Assembly (NCBI GenBank): GCA_000826855.1
Contig: JTLS01000057.1
Location: 1 to 36,463 of the forward strand
Source: Basidioascus undulatus
Taxonomy: Eukaryota
Reading direction: 5' to 3'
Length of the DNA stretch: 36,463 bases
Translations under genes and position numbers: made by a program
Part shown: in pieces, positions 24,944-35,530 of the stretch
Numbering within the stretch: position 1 is the stretch's first letter
How the letters are laid out: each line of letters opens with the position of its first letter
The notes under the pieces: model-generated
Databases searched by the model: none
Seen by the model: the letters and a program-made list of their open reading frames with translations, nothing else
What the model was told of the DNA's origin: nothing

Positions 24944-25350
24944 GCTGACCCCGGCACTCCCAGCGTTTTTGTTCGACCTGCTCGTCTTGTGCTTGACTTC
25001 CATACAAATTACTCCAGATGAGGTCCAATGCCAATGGTTCTGTGAGTCCAATAGAGGGGTGAAATTTACTTTGCACTGAAACAATGACAGCCAGCACCGT
25101 TTCACTCGCGTCCTCATCCGCGATGGTCTCATCTACTTCGTGCCGGACGTCGCTGCCAACGCCGCGGAGGCCACGCTGGTCCTGATCTTGACAAGTCCCG
25201 GGTACCGGTCTCAGTACACACTTGGCAGCAATGTGCCTGTCGTTGCGTACGCAGCCGGCTTTCACTTCATATCGCGATTCCTAACTGACCTTGCGTGTTG
25301 CTCGCAGCGTTATCTCTTCGTGCCGGCTCTACTTAAGCCTGCATAACTTC
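24944..25350 (+). pseudogene. Relic of a DUF6533-type multi-pass membrane protein
   Basis: Exons 24944-25041, 25095-25246 and 25308-25350 have canonical splice signals and read ALPAFLFDLLVLCLTS/YKLLQM..|HRFTRVLIRDGLIYFV..|VISSCRLYLSLHNF. This matches the remembered 'FD.LV..LT..K', 'L.RDG..YF' and 'RL.LNL' motifs. There is a frameshift near 25001 and the 5' part is degenerate. Confidence 0.5.
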
Positions 25351-26122
25351 GTAAGTGTGATAGACCCTTGCAATATTCTTGGACTAGTTCAGGACGGGCG
25401 TAACCTCATTTGAGTCCGTAACCAGCCTCGTTCACCATTTAAGAACCCCTCAGTGGGTCGAAGAGCAAGTCGTGCTCTCGCTGTCGTTATGACCCGTGCG
25501 TATGAATCCCCTGCATTTCTGATATCTAAAATGTGGCTGAGATTTATAACCATACAGTGGTGAGGGCGCCACATCGTACAGGCTTCCTAACCGGACCGGC
25601 CGGACGTGAGGGATGGCATAACGGTGAGCTTGGCGCGGCTCCATCCCTACTGCTCCCAAACACTCACAGGCTTGTATGTCGACCAGGTCAATGTCGAACC
25701 GTCTCAGATAGATGACAGCAACAGGACGTAACTCCCCATGGCGGCTTGAAGTCCCCTGTCTCCCTCGCCTTGACGCACGTGCATTTCCAACACAGGCCGA
25801 TCAACGACGCGCGAAGCAGCCTCGAGATCGACACTAGCAATCAGAAGGACCTCGTCGGACACGACTTTTTCCTTGCTTGAGGAGTTACGTTGTTAGCCAG
25901 TTCCATAGGTTCCATCGTTTTCGTTGCCCGCACAAACGACCTCCTTGAGGCACCCCTTCCACTCCTTTGTTATTTTCGGTTCTTGCCCACTCATGGTTAA
26001 TCTTATATCATGCTTCAATTAGACGAGATTGAGAAATGTCCACGCCTGCCACTGCCGTACACGATACTGAGACAAGGAATTCATGACAGCCCCCGCAATC
26101 GTGCAGCACTGCACCCACCTTC

Positions 26123-27877
26123 TCATCGCCCCTCATACAACATCCTCCCCGCCCCCACCGCCATCCCAACAGCGGCTATCCCCAGCACCGCCAGCACGCC
26201 AATCATCTCGACGATGTTATTCCTCCACCTCTCCCTCAACCTCCTCGCACCATCTTCATCCTTCCTGATCTTCTCGTCCTCCTCCGCCTCTCCTCCAGGG
26301 CGGAACTTTGTCCTCCGCATGCCCAGCTGCCAACGCACCGTGCGCATCACGCCCTCGCGCATGAGCTCGCGCCGCTCGGTTTCCCAGTCTCGCCGCGGGT
26401 AGTGCGCCCCAAACGCGCACGGCAGGCGCATGAGCAGGAGGGAGAGCGCCGTGCGGAGGCGCGCGCGAAGAGTTGGGGCGGGGATCCCGAGCGCGCGGGC
26501 GAGCGAGGGGCCGAGGAGGTAGTGAGAGAGGGAGTGGTGAGATTCTAATTTGGTGTTGTACGGAGGTCGGTTGGAGATCGCGTGTAGGATCGGAAGCGTG
26601 AGTGGGACGCCGAGCGGCTCGGGGGTGGGTGCGCTGGGATTGGTGGATGAAGAGAAAGAAGGGGAGAAGGTGAGGAGGTGCAGCATTGTTGAGCCAAGGA
26701 ACTGCTGTGAGGCCCGGCGCGACCGGAAGTACTTGGCGAGGATCGGGGGCTCGATGCCTGTGAGACGGAAGACGGTATGTGAGAGGCGGCGGTGAGGGGT
26801 AGGGAAAGGGCGCATGGCTGACCCAGGTAGAAGCCGATCAGGCGCCATAGAGCGATGAACGCCTCGGCGTCCTCTTCCGACACTGTGAACCCCATCTTCT
26901 CTAGACAGAGCAGCGGCGCAGCAGAGAAAGATGCCAGTGTCGCGGCGAGGTCTTCCTGGTTAATCGGGACCTGCAAACAAGCCGACAATCCTCCCTGTTT
27001 AGCGTTATACACAAAGCAATCAACAAAGAAGACGCACCCCATCCGCGCCCTCGTCGTACTTCTCATTCCCGCGCACACGTTCGCGCATGACCCCATGCAG
27101 CATCCGCACGCGCACCGCGCTCTTCCACCCTTGGCCGGTGCCCGGCTCGAGCGCGTCGGGCGTGTACATGCAGTCTACGACGAGTTGCGTCGTTTCGAGG
27201 AGGCGCGCGAACGTGCGGTCTGCGGAGGCCTTAGTTGGTGCGGCGGGGGGGACGAGGTAGGAGGTCAGGTGGAGGACGCGGGTGATGCGTGGTCTGCGGT
27301 TCAATTAGTAGCGATGCGCCAGGAGGAGGATGGGTGGGAGGCAGGGGAAAACACACGCTGCGAAGCCGCCGGCCAAAGAGAAATGCAAGAGGGAGGTAAG
27401 GATCGGCGCAGAGTGGGCATGGAAGAATGCCTGTGCGCGCGCGATCTGTGCTCGGCTCGGAGGGAGGATCGACTCTGGCGGGGGCGAGTCGAGTGACGCA
27501 TGGAACGCTGCGCAGGCCCGGTGGGTCGGCACGGCAGCGAGGAGCTGGGCGAGGAGGTCGGTCGATTTCGTTCCCGGTGGAGAAGAGCGTAGGGAGCGCA
27601 GCGCAGCGTCACAGAGGGGATCGCCTGTGTTGCGGTACCTTCCGGGCGGACCCAAGTGTGTCAGTGAGGTGAGAAGAGCGTAAGGAAGACGCACTCACCC
27701 TTCTAGTTCGGGAGGGGTCGCGCAGTCTTCGTCCCACTCCAACAGGTGTCCCCAGACCTGGACGACGTCTCCCCGGCGCAGGTGAAGCGTTTCGTTGGGA
27801 TGTGCGATCGGGATCGGGATGCGTGTTGAACGCAGATTGAAGGCTGGGTAGGGATCGGGTGGAGTGAGGAGGGGCAT
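26123..27877 (-). CDS. ER-bound oxygenase, MpaB/latex-clearing-protein-like (DUF2236)
   Basis: Five exons: GDPLCDAAL, RAQAFF..SLAGGFAAPRITRVL, RLLETTQ, GWKSAVRVRMLHGVMR (putative heme-ligating His), VPINQEDLAATLASFS, ALWRLIGFYLGI, and a C-terminal TM helix. Confidence 0.9.
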
Positions 27878-28147
27878 GGAGGCCGATCGAAGAGGAGTTG
27901 TCAGTGGGAGCCAGATTAGTTCAATAATGGATTTTCAGATGATAGCGATCGAATGCGGCGGGGCAGATGAGGGTCAGAAGACAAGCAGCATTTTCTGGAG
28001 CAGGCGACGGTCCAAAGCCGCCTGGGCTGCCGATCGCTCCATCTCCCGGCCCAAGCTTGATCTGCGCCCACACTCCCATTTACTCTGACGCTCTTCAATC
28101 GCACGCCCTCCCGAATCCTACATTACGGAGATCGCCTCTAATCAACC

Positions 28148-29239
28148 ATGGGCGCCTCCCAATCCGCGCCCAAAATCACCAAGCAAGACCGGGCGATCCT
28201 CGAGCACGTCCTCCCATCCCTCCTGCCCCTTCGCTCCTCACTTCATCTTCCTCCCCCTTACACCTCACTCATCGCTGCATACGCAGTCTGAAGATCCAGC
28301 GCGACAAAGTGAAGCAGTACCAGCGCCGCCTGACGGCCATCTCGACGCGCGAGCACGAGATCGCAAAGGCCGCGCTTGCTGCTGGGGACAAGCCGCGGGC
28401 GCTGCGGGCGCTGAGGGCGCGGAAGTACCAGGAGGGCTTGTTGGAGAAGACGGATGGGCAGCTGGAGACGCTGCAGAACTTGGTGGGTGACTTTCCCCTT
28501 CTGCACTTATACCACCTTCTCCCCCTCCCGCCTACCAATCTCCCCCAAGACGATGTGAAATGGAGCGGGGTGCTGATGCGGGTGGGGACGGGACCAGGTA
28601 TCGAGCATCGAGTTCGCGCTCGTAGAGAAGGACGTGCTCTTTGGGCTGCAGCAGGGGACCATGGTCCTCAAGCGCCTGAACGAGGAGATGAGCATCGAGA
28701 AGGTCGAGCGGTTGATGGAGGACTCGGCGGAGGCTGTCGCGTATCAGCGGGTGCGTCTTTCCCTCTCCCCTGCTTCCCAGAATGTGTTCTCTCTTCCAGT
28801 GCAGGAATGGCACTCATGTGCGGTGGTTTTGGAATTCGTTGCAGGAGGTCGACGAGCTCCTCGGCAGCCGGATGACGCTCGAGGAGGAGGAGGCCGTCCA
28901 GGCGGAGCTGGCCGCGCTGCAGGCGGAGCTGGTACGCCGTCTCTCCTTGCTCCTCCCCTTTCCTTTCCCTCCCTTGCATTCCCGACGACCCACGCACTCT
29001 CCCCTTACTCCTGCACAGGCCCCCGAGCAAGAACCCCAGCCCGCGCTACCGAACGCTCCGACACAGAAGCCCGCACCCGAGATTCCGAGCACGCCGACGG
29101 AGGAGCCTGTCGAGCAGGGTGCGTGTGCCCCCTACCTCTTCTTCTCTGTAGGTAGATCGCCCTGATGTTCTCCATCGCAGAACCGGAGCTCGAACGACAG
29201 CGACAGCCTGCGCGGGAGCGGCAGGCCGTCGCCGCTTGA
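28148..29239 (+). CDS. VPS20: ESCRT-III subunit Vps20/CHMP6 (Snf7 family)
   Basis: MGASQS N-myristoylation motif, KITKQDRAILDLKIQRDKVKQYQ, ALRARKYQEGLLEKTDGQLETL, SIEFALVEKDVLFGLQQG, VERLMEDSAEAVAYQREVDELL. Five introns, the first GC-AG. Confidence 0.93.
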
Positions 29240-30073
29240 TCCTACACTCATGCCCCCACTCCCTGCCCCTGCCTGCTCCGCGCGCATGGCTCGGGCGTCC
29301 CTTTTACAGGTGGCTGATCTGGACTTGTCGTATTTATACTTCCCCGCTATCTGCTCTGACCTTGCATCGCATCGCACGTCGCACATCGCACTCGGTTGCG
29401 CTCATGGATACCCTCTGCTGCTGTTCTGACTGACATTCGGGATGGTTCTTGATGCGCGGGAACACGCCGGGAAACTCAAGGGTTTAGATTGGGTTACATC
29501 GGGCGGTCCGGGTTCAGCATGCATCCCATGCATCCCGCATGTGCCGGGTTCGTCGGTTTGCAGTCGCATCTCGACTGCGTTGCACTTCCGCTTTGCGGCC
29601 TTGCTGGCTTTTCCGATCTCCATCGTCTTCTTCAATACGTTCGCACCTCCTAGAATAGCGTTCGTTTTCAGGACTCTGCCGGAGGACAATGGTCGTCGTT
29701 GCGCTCGACAAGGCTCGTGACCTTGCGGCAGTTGACAGCCTTGTACAGCCGCAGCCGTCCGTCGCCTAGGCAGCCCGCCCAGTCCTTCAGCCTTCGAGAT
29801 GCAAGGCTCGCCTTCCATGTCATTATTTGTTGTTCTGCAACAGGGAAGCAATAATGGACGCTTTTCGATCAGAGCAGAGTGGAACGAATATTATGCGAGT
29901 GCTGCGTTGACCCCAGCCGCGCGCCGTCAAGTCCCGATTCCCACATCGGCTAAGGCGTCGCGCGCCCGTGGCCCGCCCGCGCGCGAGGAGTTGCCCTTTG
30001 CCGCATCCTCAACCTCTACTCTTAGCGACTCTGCCCTCTACCACCACTCGATTTTTGTGCTGCGCAGGGAGCC

Positions 30074-32274
30074 ATGCCGACGCCTACGATGCGGCTCGTC
30101 GGTGAGTCCCTGGCGCATATGCGGAGGATGGGAGGCTCGGACGGGCGGACGGGCCGACGTATCTGGGGGTACCGGCGCACGTCCTTGGCCTGTACAACTG
30201 TCTGGACATCGCCGTGATGGGTGCAGATGGCCGAACGGTGGCGTATGGACCCCTCTGAAATAGAATACTCAGACCCGGTTGGCGTGTACACGCTCCCAGC
30301 ACCCCGGTGGTCCTGCGATGCTCACCCGCGTCCCTGCCCTGCCCCTTTTGCCTCGCCTCGCAGACATCTCCTCGTCCTCCGAGGACCCGTTCTCCGACCC
30401 TACCGACCACGCACCCCCGCCCGTGCCGGTCAAAGATGCGTCCGCCGCGCACCCCTCGAGCGTACACGAGGCCCTGCGCGACGTTGTGCAGATCAACAAG
30501 CGCCCCGTCCAGTCCCCTGCCATGCCGTGAGTCGCCCAGTCGCCCCCTCGCCTTGGCTCTTGAGGCGGATGGAGGTGTGAAAAGGGAATGGGAGGAGAGG
30601 ATCCACTGTCTGTTTTGTGTTCGCGGATGCGTTGCGATGCCGAGGCGATAGCGAGCCCGGGGCGGGGCCGACTGTCATCCAAGATCCAAGGGTAAAGCCC
30701 GCTCGTCGCCCGTGTCGCAGCTGCGCGGAGGCGCACCATCGCCGGTATCGGCCCGCGGCCATTGATTATTTCTCATCGCACGCACGCCGATCCCGGTTCA
30801 CCTCCCACCACCACCATCTCCGCCCACCTCCCACACCCTCCCCCTGACCCCTTACTGACCTCATACACACATACACCCATGTTCTCCTTCCTCAGCTCCC
30901 CGCCATCCACCTCGTCCAACTCGTCCGTCTCCCGGCGGCATCGCCGCTCGCAGACCATCGACCCCGGCGCGATGCCCTCGGCACAGGCCGCGCAGGCGAA
31001 GGACGGCTTCGCCGACGCACACCGCAAGCCCAAAAAGCCCGGCAAGCACTTTGACGTGATTGACTCGCTGGACTACAGCTCTGTGCTTGGGACTCCTCGT
31101 GCGTAGACACCCACCCACATGCCCCTATCCTTATCCGCGTCTCATCATACTGGATCCGCATGTACAACAACCACAGTCTGGCACCACGACAGCCCGTACG
31201 ACGCCGCCGCGCCCTCTCGAAACAAGCACCAGACGCGCGCGCCGATGCGCGCGTTCGACTCGGCCTCCGCCGTGCCGACGCTGTCCTCCTCCGCCCCCTA
31301 CTCCACCACCGCCGCGTCCTCCTCATCCTCCTCGACGAACAAACACCTCTCGCCCCTTGCGGCCGCGACGCTTGCGCGCATGGACGCGGCCGCCGAGCGC
31401 GCGGACGAGGAGGAGGCGGCGCGGCACGTGAACGAGACGGAGGAGGAGCGCGAGGCGCGCATCCGCGCGGAGAAGAAGAAGAGCAACCCCCTTCTGGAGG
31501 TCTGGGGGAAGCACGAGGAGGAGCCGTGGGAGCAATTTGCGGCGGGCGCGCCGGCCAGGGGGGACAATGGCCTGTCCAGCAGGGCAAGCAGCATCTGGGA
31601 CGTCGACGCTGCTATCCCTCGTGCGTCTTATCTCTCTCTTCCCCTCCCCTTCGAAGCTGATCGTCGCGTCCCACATCCCCCTCCCTTGCGCAGCCCAACC
31701 GACCCGCCGGCCGTCCTCGCGCGCCCCGCCGCCCGCGCCGATCGACCTCTCCGGCACAGGCTACACTACCTACTCGTCTACGTCCCCGTCCTATCCCGCC
31801 GGGGCAACCCCGTCCCCGCCGCTCGAGGGCGGGACCGCCTCCGCGCGGCCCAAGCGCTCGCAGTCCCTGCTCCAGAAGTTCCGCAAGGCGCGCAAGAACC
31901 CGAACGTCCCCCTCGGGTCCTCCCTCGACGACGAGCACCCCGCGCACTCCCCCACCGGTGGCGGCGGCGGGGGCGAAGACGCCGACACGGTGGACCCGAC
32001 GCTCCTGAGCCCGCGCTCCCGCGGCGGGGCGCGCCTCACCCCGGACTACGTCCACGTCTCGCCCCCCGTCGAGAAGGACCTGCCCGGCGTGCCTGCCGGC
32101 AGCCCCGGCTGGACACCCCGCAGCGAGAGGGACGGGAGCTACTTCCCTGGCGGGGCGGGGGCGCCCGGCGGCGGTGGAGGAGGAGCAGGACTGGGGAGGA
32201 AGACGAGCCTGCTCAATAAAGTCCGCCATGGACTCGGGAAAGGCGTGAGGAGCAGGAGTAGGGACTCGCGCTGA
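30074..32274 (+). CDS. Pal1-family cell morphology / endocytic-site protein
   Basis: Core KHFDVIDSLDYSSVLGTP|LWHHDSPYDAAAPSRNKHQTRAPMRAF matches the Pal1 pattern 'D.ID.LD..FHHDGPFDA..P.RN..AP..AF'. Downstream are PKRSQSLLQKFRKARKNPNVP and LGRKTSLLNKV. The proposed 5' exons 30074-30101 and 30364-30526 are less certain. Confidence 0.82.
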
Positions 32275-32350
32275 GTGGGATGGTACTGCTTGTTCTTTTG
32301 GTCTTCGTTGCCTTGAGTGTTTGTGTTCGAGCCTTGACTGTTTTACCTTT

Positions 32351-32370
32351 TACCTACCTACCTACCTACC
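32351..32370 (+). repeat. (TACC)5 microsatellite in the 3' region between the Pal1 and UreD genes
   Basis: tacctacctacctacctacc read directly from the sequence. Confidence 0.85.
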
Positions 32371-32712
32371 TGCCTCCGACCACTTCCTCTTGCTTTAGTT
32401 CCTCGTCTGGTTCCTCCCACCCTCACGCCCGCCTGCTTGCCTTGCTTGCTTTCGCTGTTGTTTCGTAGCGCCTCTGATATAGTGATTGCGACTGTGGCCG
32501 CTGTTACCGAAGACGGACGCTGCTGTGTGGTTCATTTGGTTGGTTGCCACGTTTGTCGGCTGGTTGGTTGATTGACAAAATTGATTGGTTGTAGTAGTCA
32601 TGCGTTTGAAGTATGATTTGAGGGTGGCTGTGAGTTAGCAGATGCGGAAGGGCAAGAAGGTGGGCTATTCGGGAAATGGCTGTGCCCCCAACCCACGCAT
32701 CCAATAATATAA

Positions 32713-33815
32713 TCATCTCAAGCACCTTGCCCACACCTCCTTGCCCAGCTCCTCGTCCAGCCCCCCCTCCTCCAGCGCACCCCTCAGCCACCTCCTCAGC
32801 TCCTCCTCGTCCTCGCTCGCAGCACGGACGACTGCGCCCCTCCCACCCGCCACGTCCGACACGCTCCACACGAAGCGCGCGGGCCTCGAGCGCTGGTGCA
32901 CTGCCGGCTCGCGGGCGAAGCGCGCTGCGAAGGACCCGCGCAGGCGGGCGGTGCGCGGCCCGCTGAGCAGCAGCGTGAGGTATGTTGTGTAGGGTGCCAT
33001 GCGCGTGGGGAGCGGGGAGGAGCGCGTGGGGCGCAGTTGCAAGGCGTCGCGCATTATCGGTTGGGTGGAGCAGGGGTGGGAGATGGTGTTGATTGAGGTG
33101 TACGAAGCGAAGGCCCACGCCTCGCCGCGTGCGTGTCGCCCGGAAGTGTACCAGTCGAGGAGGACGACGCTCGACCCCTCCTCCTCCGCGAGCCGCACAT
33201 CCTGTTCCTGCTTGAACGCGCTCCCCGCAAAGGGCTGGACCGGATCGGGGAGGAGGACAAGCATTCCTCCCCCGCCCAGCACGTCCACCTCGAGCCGCTG
33301 CACCGCCGCGCCCTCGCCGCCGCCCGAGCGCCGCGCGCCCCCTGGGCGCGCGCGGAACACCTTCGTCGACCCCTGCGTGAGGAGGACGAGCGTCCCGCCC
33401 GCGCCGACCACGGCGTGCAGGTGCGTCGCATCCCCCGAGACTAGGCCGCCGCCGTAGGTCAGCGTATAGGCGAGGCCGGTGTGTGGTGGGGTTGCGAGAA
33501 GGCGCGGGATGAGCAGCTTGAGCGGGTAGGTCGAGGAGAGCCGCGGGAACAGCGTGTGCGATTGGGAGGGCGTCAGGTGCAGGTGCGAGGTTGGGATGCT
33601 TGGGGGAGGGGGAGGGGAAGTGGGGGAGAATGTGGATATAGGTCTGGGTGCAGGGTCCGGTACAACTGTGGATGATATAGATGCATCCGAGGATTCTGGT
33701 CGTCCCTATGGCAGGAGTAGTGTTGAGTCGAATGCCGATTCGTACTCGAGGAGAACGCAAGGACGTGCAAGGGCCGTACCGTCGTCTCACCGAGTGCTAA
33801 ATCATCATCGCCCAT
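32713..33815 (-). CDS. ureD: Urease accessory protein UreD (Ure4)
   Basis: SSTYPLKLL, YTLTYGGGLVSGD, LLTQGSTKVFR, LLPDPVQPFAGSAFKQEQ, LLDWYTSGRHARGEAWAF. The start is inferred as ATG 33815 with intron 33790-33666 (GTGAGA..CAG), because the main exon has no in-frame ATG before an upstream stop. Confidence 0.9.
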
Positions 33816-35193
33816 TATTTTACGGAAATATTCGTGCGGTACGGACGCGCGATAAACTACGAGAGCGTCGAAGACGGCGCGACACAGGTAAGCTCAAAGA
33901 AAGATCGCAACGTGACGCGGCGCGCGTTCGAAAAAGGTTCGACCGAGCTGGAGGGGTAACTTCGAACAGATACATGTCAGTATGATTCTCCAGTGGTCCT
34001 CGGTGAGCGCTCGACGGACGGGTAGACAGTGTGGGAGGATGGGAGAGGAAGGAAGGAAGGAAGAAGACGCGTGCGCGCCGCGTCCAGTCGCAGCGGCGCC
34101 CTTATCTCCTTGGCGGCGATCCATTGAATCATTCGGCAACTTCCTCTACTATCTGCACGTACTCTCTAAGCTTCTGTTCATTCGAGTTCAAATTTGAGTT
34201 ACAAGCCGGGTCGGGACATACGAAGGTCGCACGCAGCGCTAAAGTGTGGTGCGCACCCAGCTGAGTACTTCGACTGGACCCTACGTTGGATCTTTACCTC
34301 CCACGCCCGGCAGAGAGTGCCAAATCTCTTAGAAATAAAAATACCGAAAATTTATGAAGCCAGTGAGAGTAGTGCAATGGTCCTCCTCCCATTGTGGTTA
34401 CTCAAACTTTGGGACGCCAACTTGATGAAACAGGTGGCATGATATCTGTCCAGGTCTCGCTAAACATACCGACATTGTACCAGCCACCTTCAGCTATGAA
34501 GATTGACTATACTTCCGCTGATCACCGACCAGAAAGCCTGCCATAGGCCGCGTGCACTGAAGTCGAGAGGGGTTCAGCAGCCCAGTCGATACCACATGCA
34601 CTTCAAGCAAGAGAGCCGTTCAATTGGCAGACCAGAGCTCGTCCGTCGATAGACAAAACCACATAAAGCTCCGTGTTGGCCCCCTTCATTCTTCTCTCAC
34701 TCGGTCCAACAGACTGACGCCGCAGGTGTGGAAAGTTGGGCATCGTGGTGGTGGCCCAACCTAAGCTCAGTTTGAGCGACCCGTTCTATTACATCTGACC
34801 TCTAGAAGAGCATCGATCGATTATTCAAGGGGGAGGTAGGAGTTACTGATGTATTGATATCCTCGCCCGCACCGTCTTTCCCCGGGCGGAAACCCGGCTG
34901 CGTGGTCCTCCCTTCATTGTATAAACGCCGGCTCCTTCTCAAATGAATGTCGGAAGCGCCTGCATGGCAATCATGGTGCATGGCGGCCGTGAGATTTCCT
35001 AAAAGTCAGATCCTTGATATTCTCTTTAGAAATTCGCTGAGTCCTGCAAGTCAACCGATAAAGCATGGGCCCCTTGCCGACGGTGTCAGCGCATCACGCT
35101 GCCCGTGTTTACTGCAAGGAGGCAAACATGATTTGTCTATGAACCGCCAATATTGTCGGAAGTGTTTGAGACTCTATATTCTGTGATCACGGT

Positions 35194-35530
35194 CTGTATT
35201 CCTTCGGGACCGCTGTGCGAGGAAACCACGTTGCTGTGTCGTCGCTCTCAGTAACTTCAAGCGAGATCGCTGACTGAACGTTCTTGTGTGGAAGATCAAC
35301 ACCAACTATGGGGTAAGTTGAGGTCTAGATATGCTAACTTTTTGATTTCCTTTCCTTTAGGACAAGGCCACCATCAAGGGTTCGACCCGCAATGGGAAGA
35401 CCAGCGGTAGGCCGTCCTCCTACCCAACCTGAAGAATTCAGCTGACCCTCCGCTAGCGCGTCAGGCCTCTGCACCGCCTACAGGGGCACTGACAACAACA
35501 GGATGGAGCCCAAGAAGATCGGCTCGTGCT
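35194..35530 (+). pseudogene. Pectate lyase family 3 (PL3) C-terminal relic
   Basis: INTNYG|DKATIKGS across intron 35313-35360, and LCTAYRGTDNNRMEPKKIGSC in exon 35457-35530. These match the PL3 C-terminal motifs 'GIN.NYGD.ATI' and 'C..Y.G...N..EP.KIG'. The exon phases are incompatible by 1 nt and no intact N-terminal catalytic part is visible. Confidence 0.6.

Noticed and set aside
12683..27877. MBOAT_2 acyltransferase plus MpaB-like oxygenase as a secondary-metabolite cluster
   Set aside because: They are 12 kb apart with HSP104 between them, and there is no PKS, NRPS, terpene synthase, transporter or cluster regulator in the window.
8864..32274. Vps3844, Vps20 and Pal1 as a membrane-trafficking gene cluster
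   Set aside because: They are interspersed with unrelated genes. Functional clustering of such genes is not expected and cannot be shown without synteny data.
32504..33790. 428-aa ORF and the many other long Arg/Pro/Ala-rich ORFs overlapping real genes
   Set aside because: These are shadow frames produced by high GC3 codon bias and contain no recognisable motifs.
32713..33815. UreD without urease or UreF/UreG nearby
   Set aside because: Fungal urease accessory genes are normally unlinked.
35308..35492. 28-aa spliced micro-ORF MGTRPPSRVRPAMGRPARVRPLHRLQGH using the same introns as the PL3 relic
   Set aside because: The introns are better explained by the PL3 reading frames, and the peptide has no independent support.
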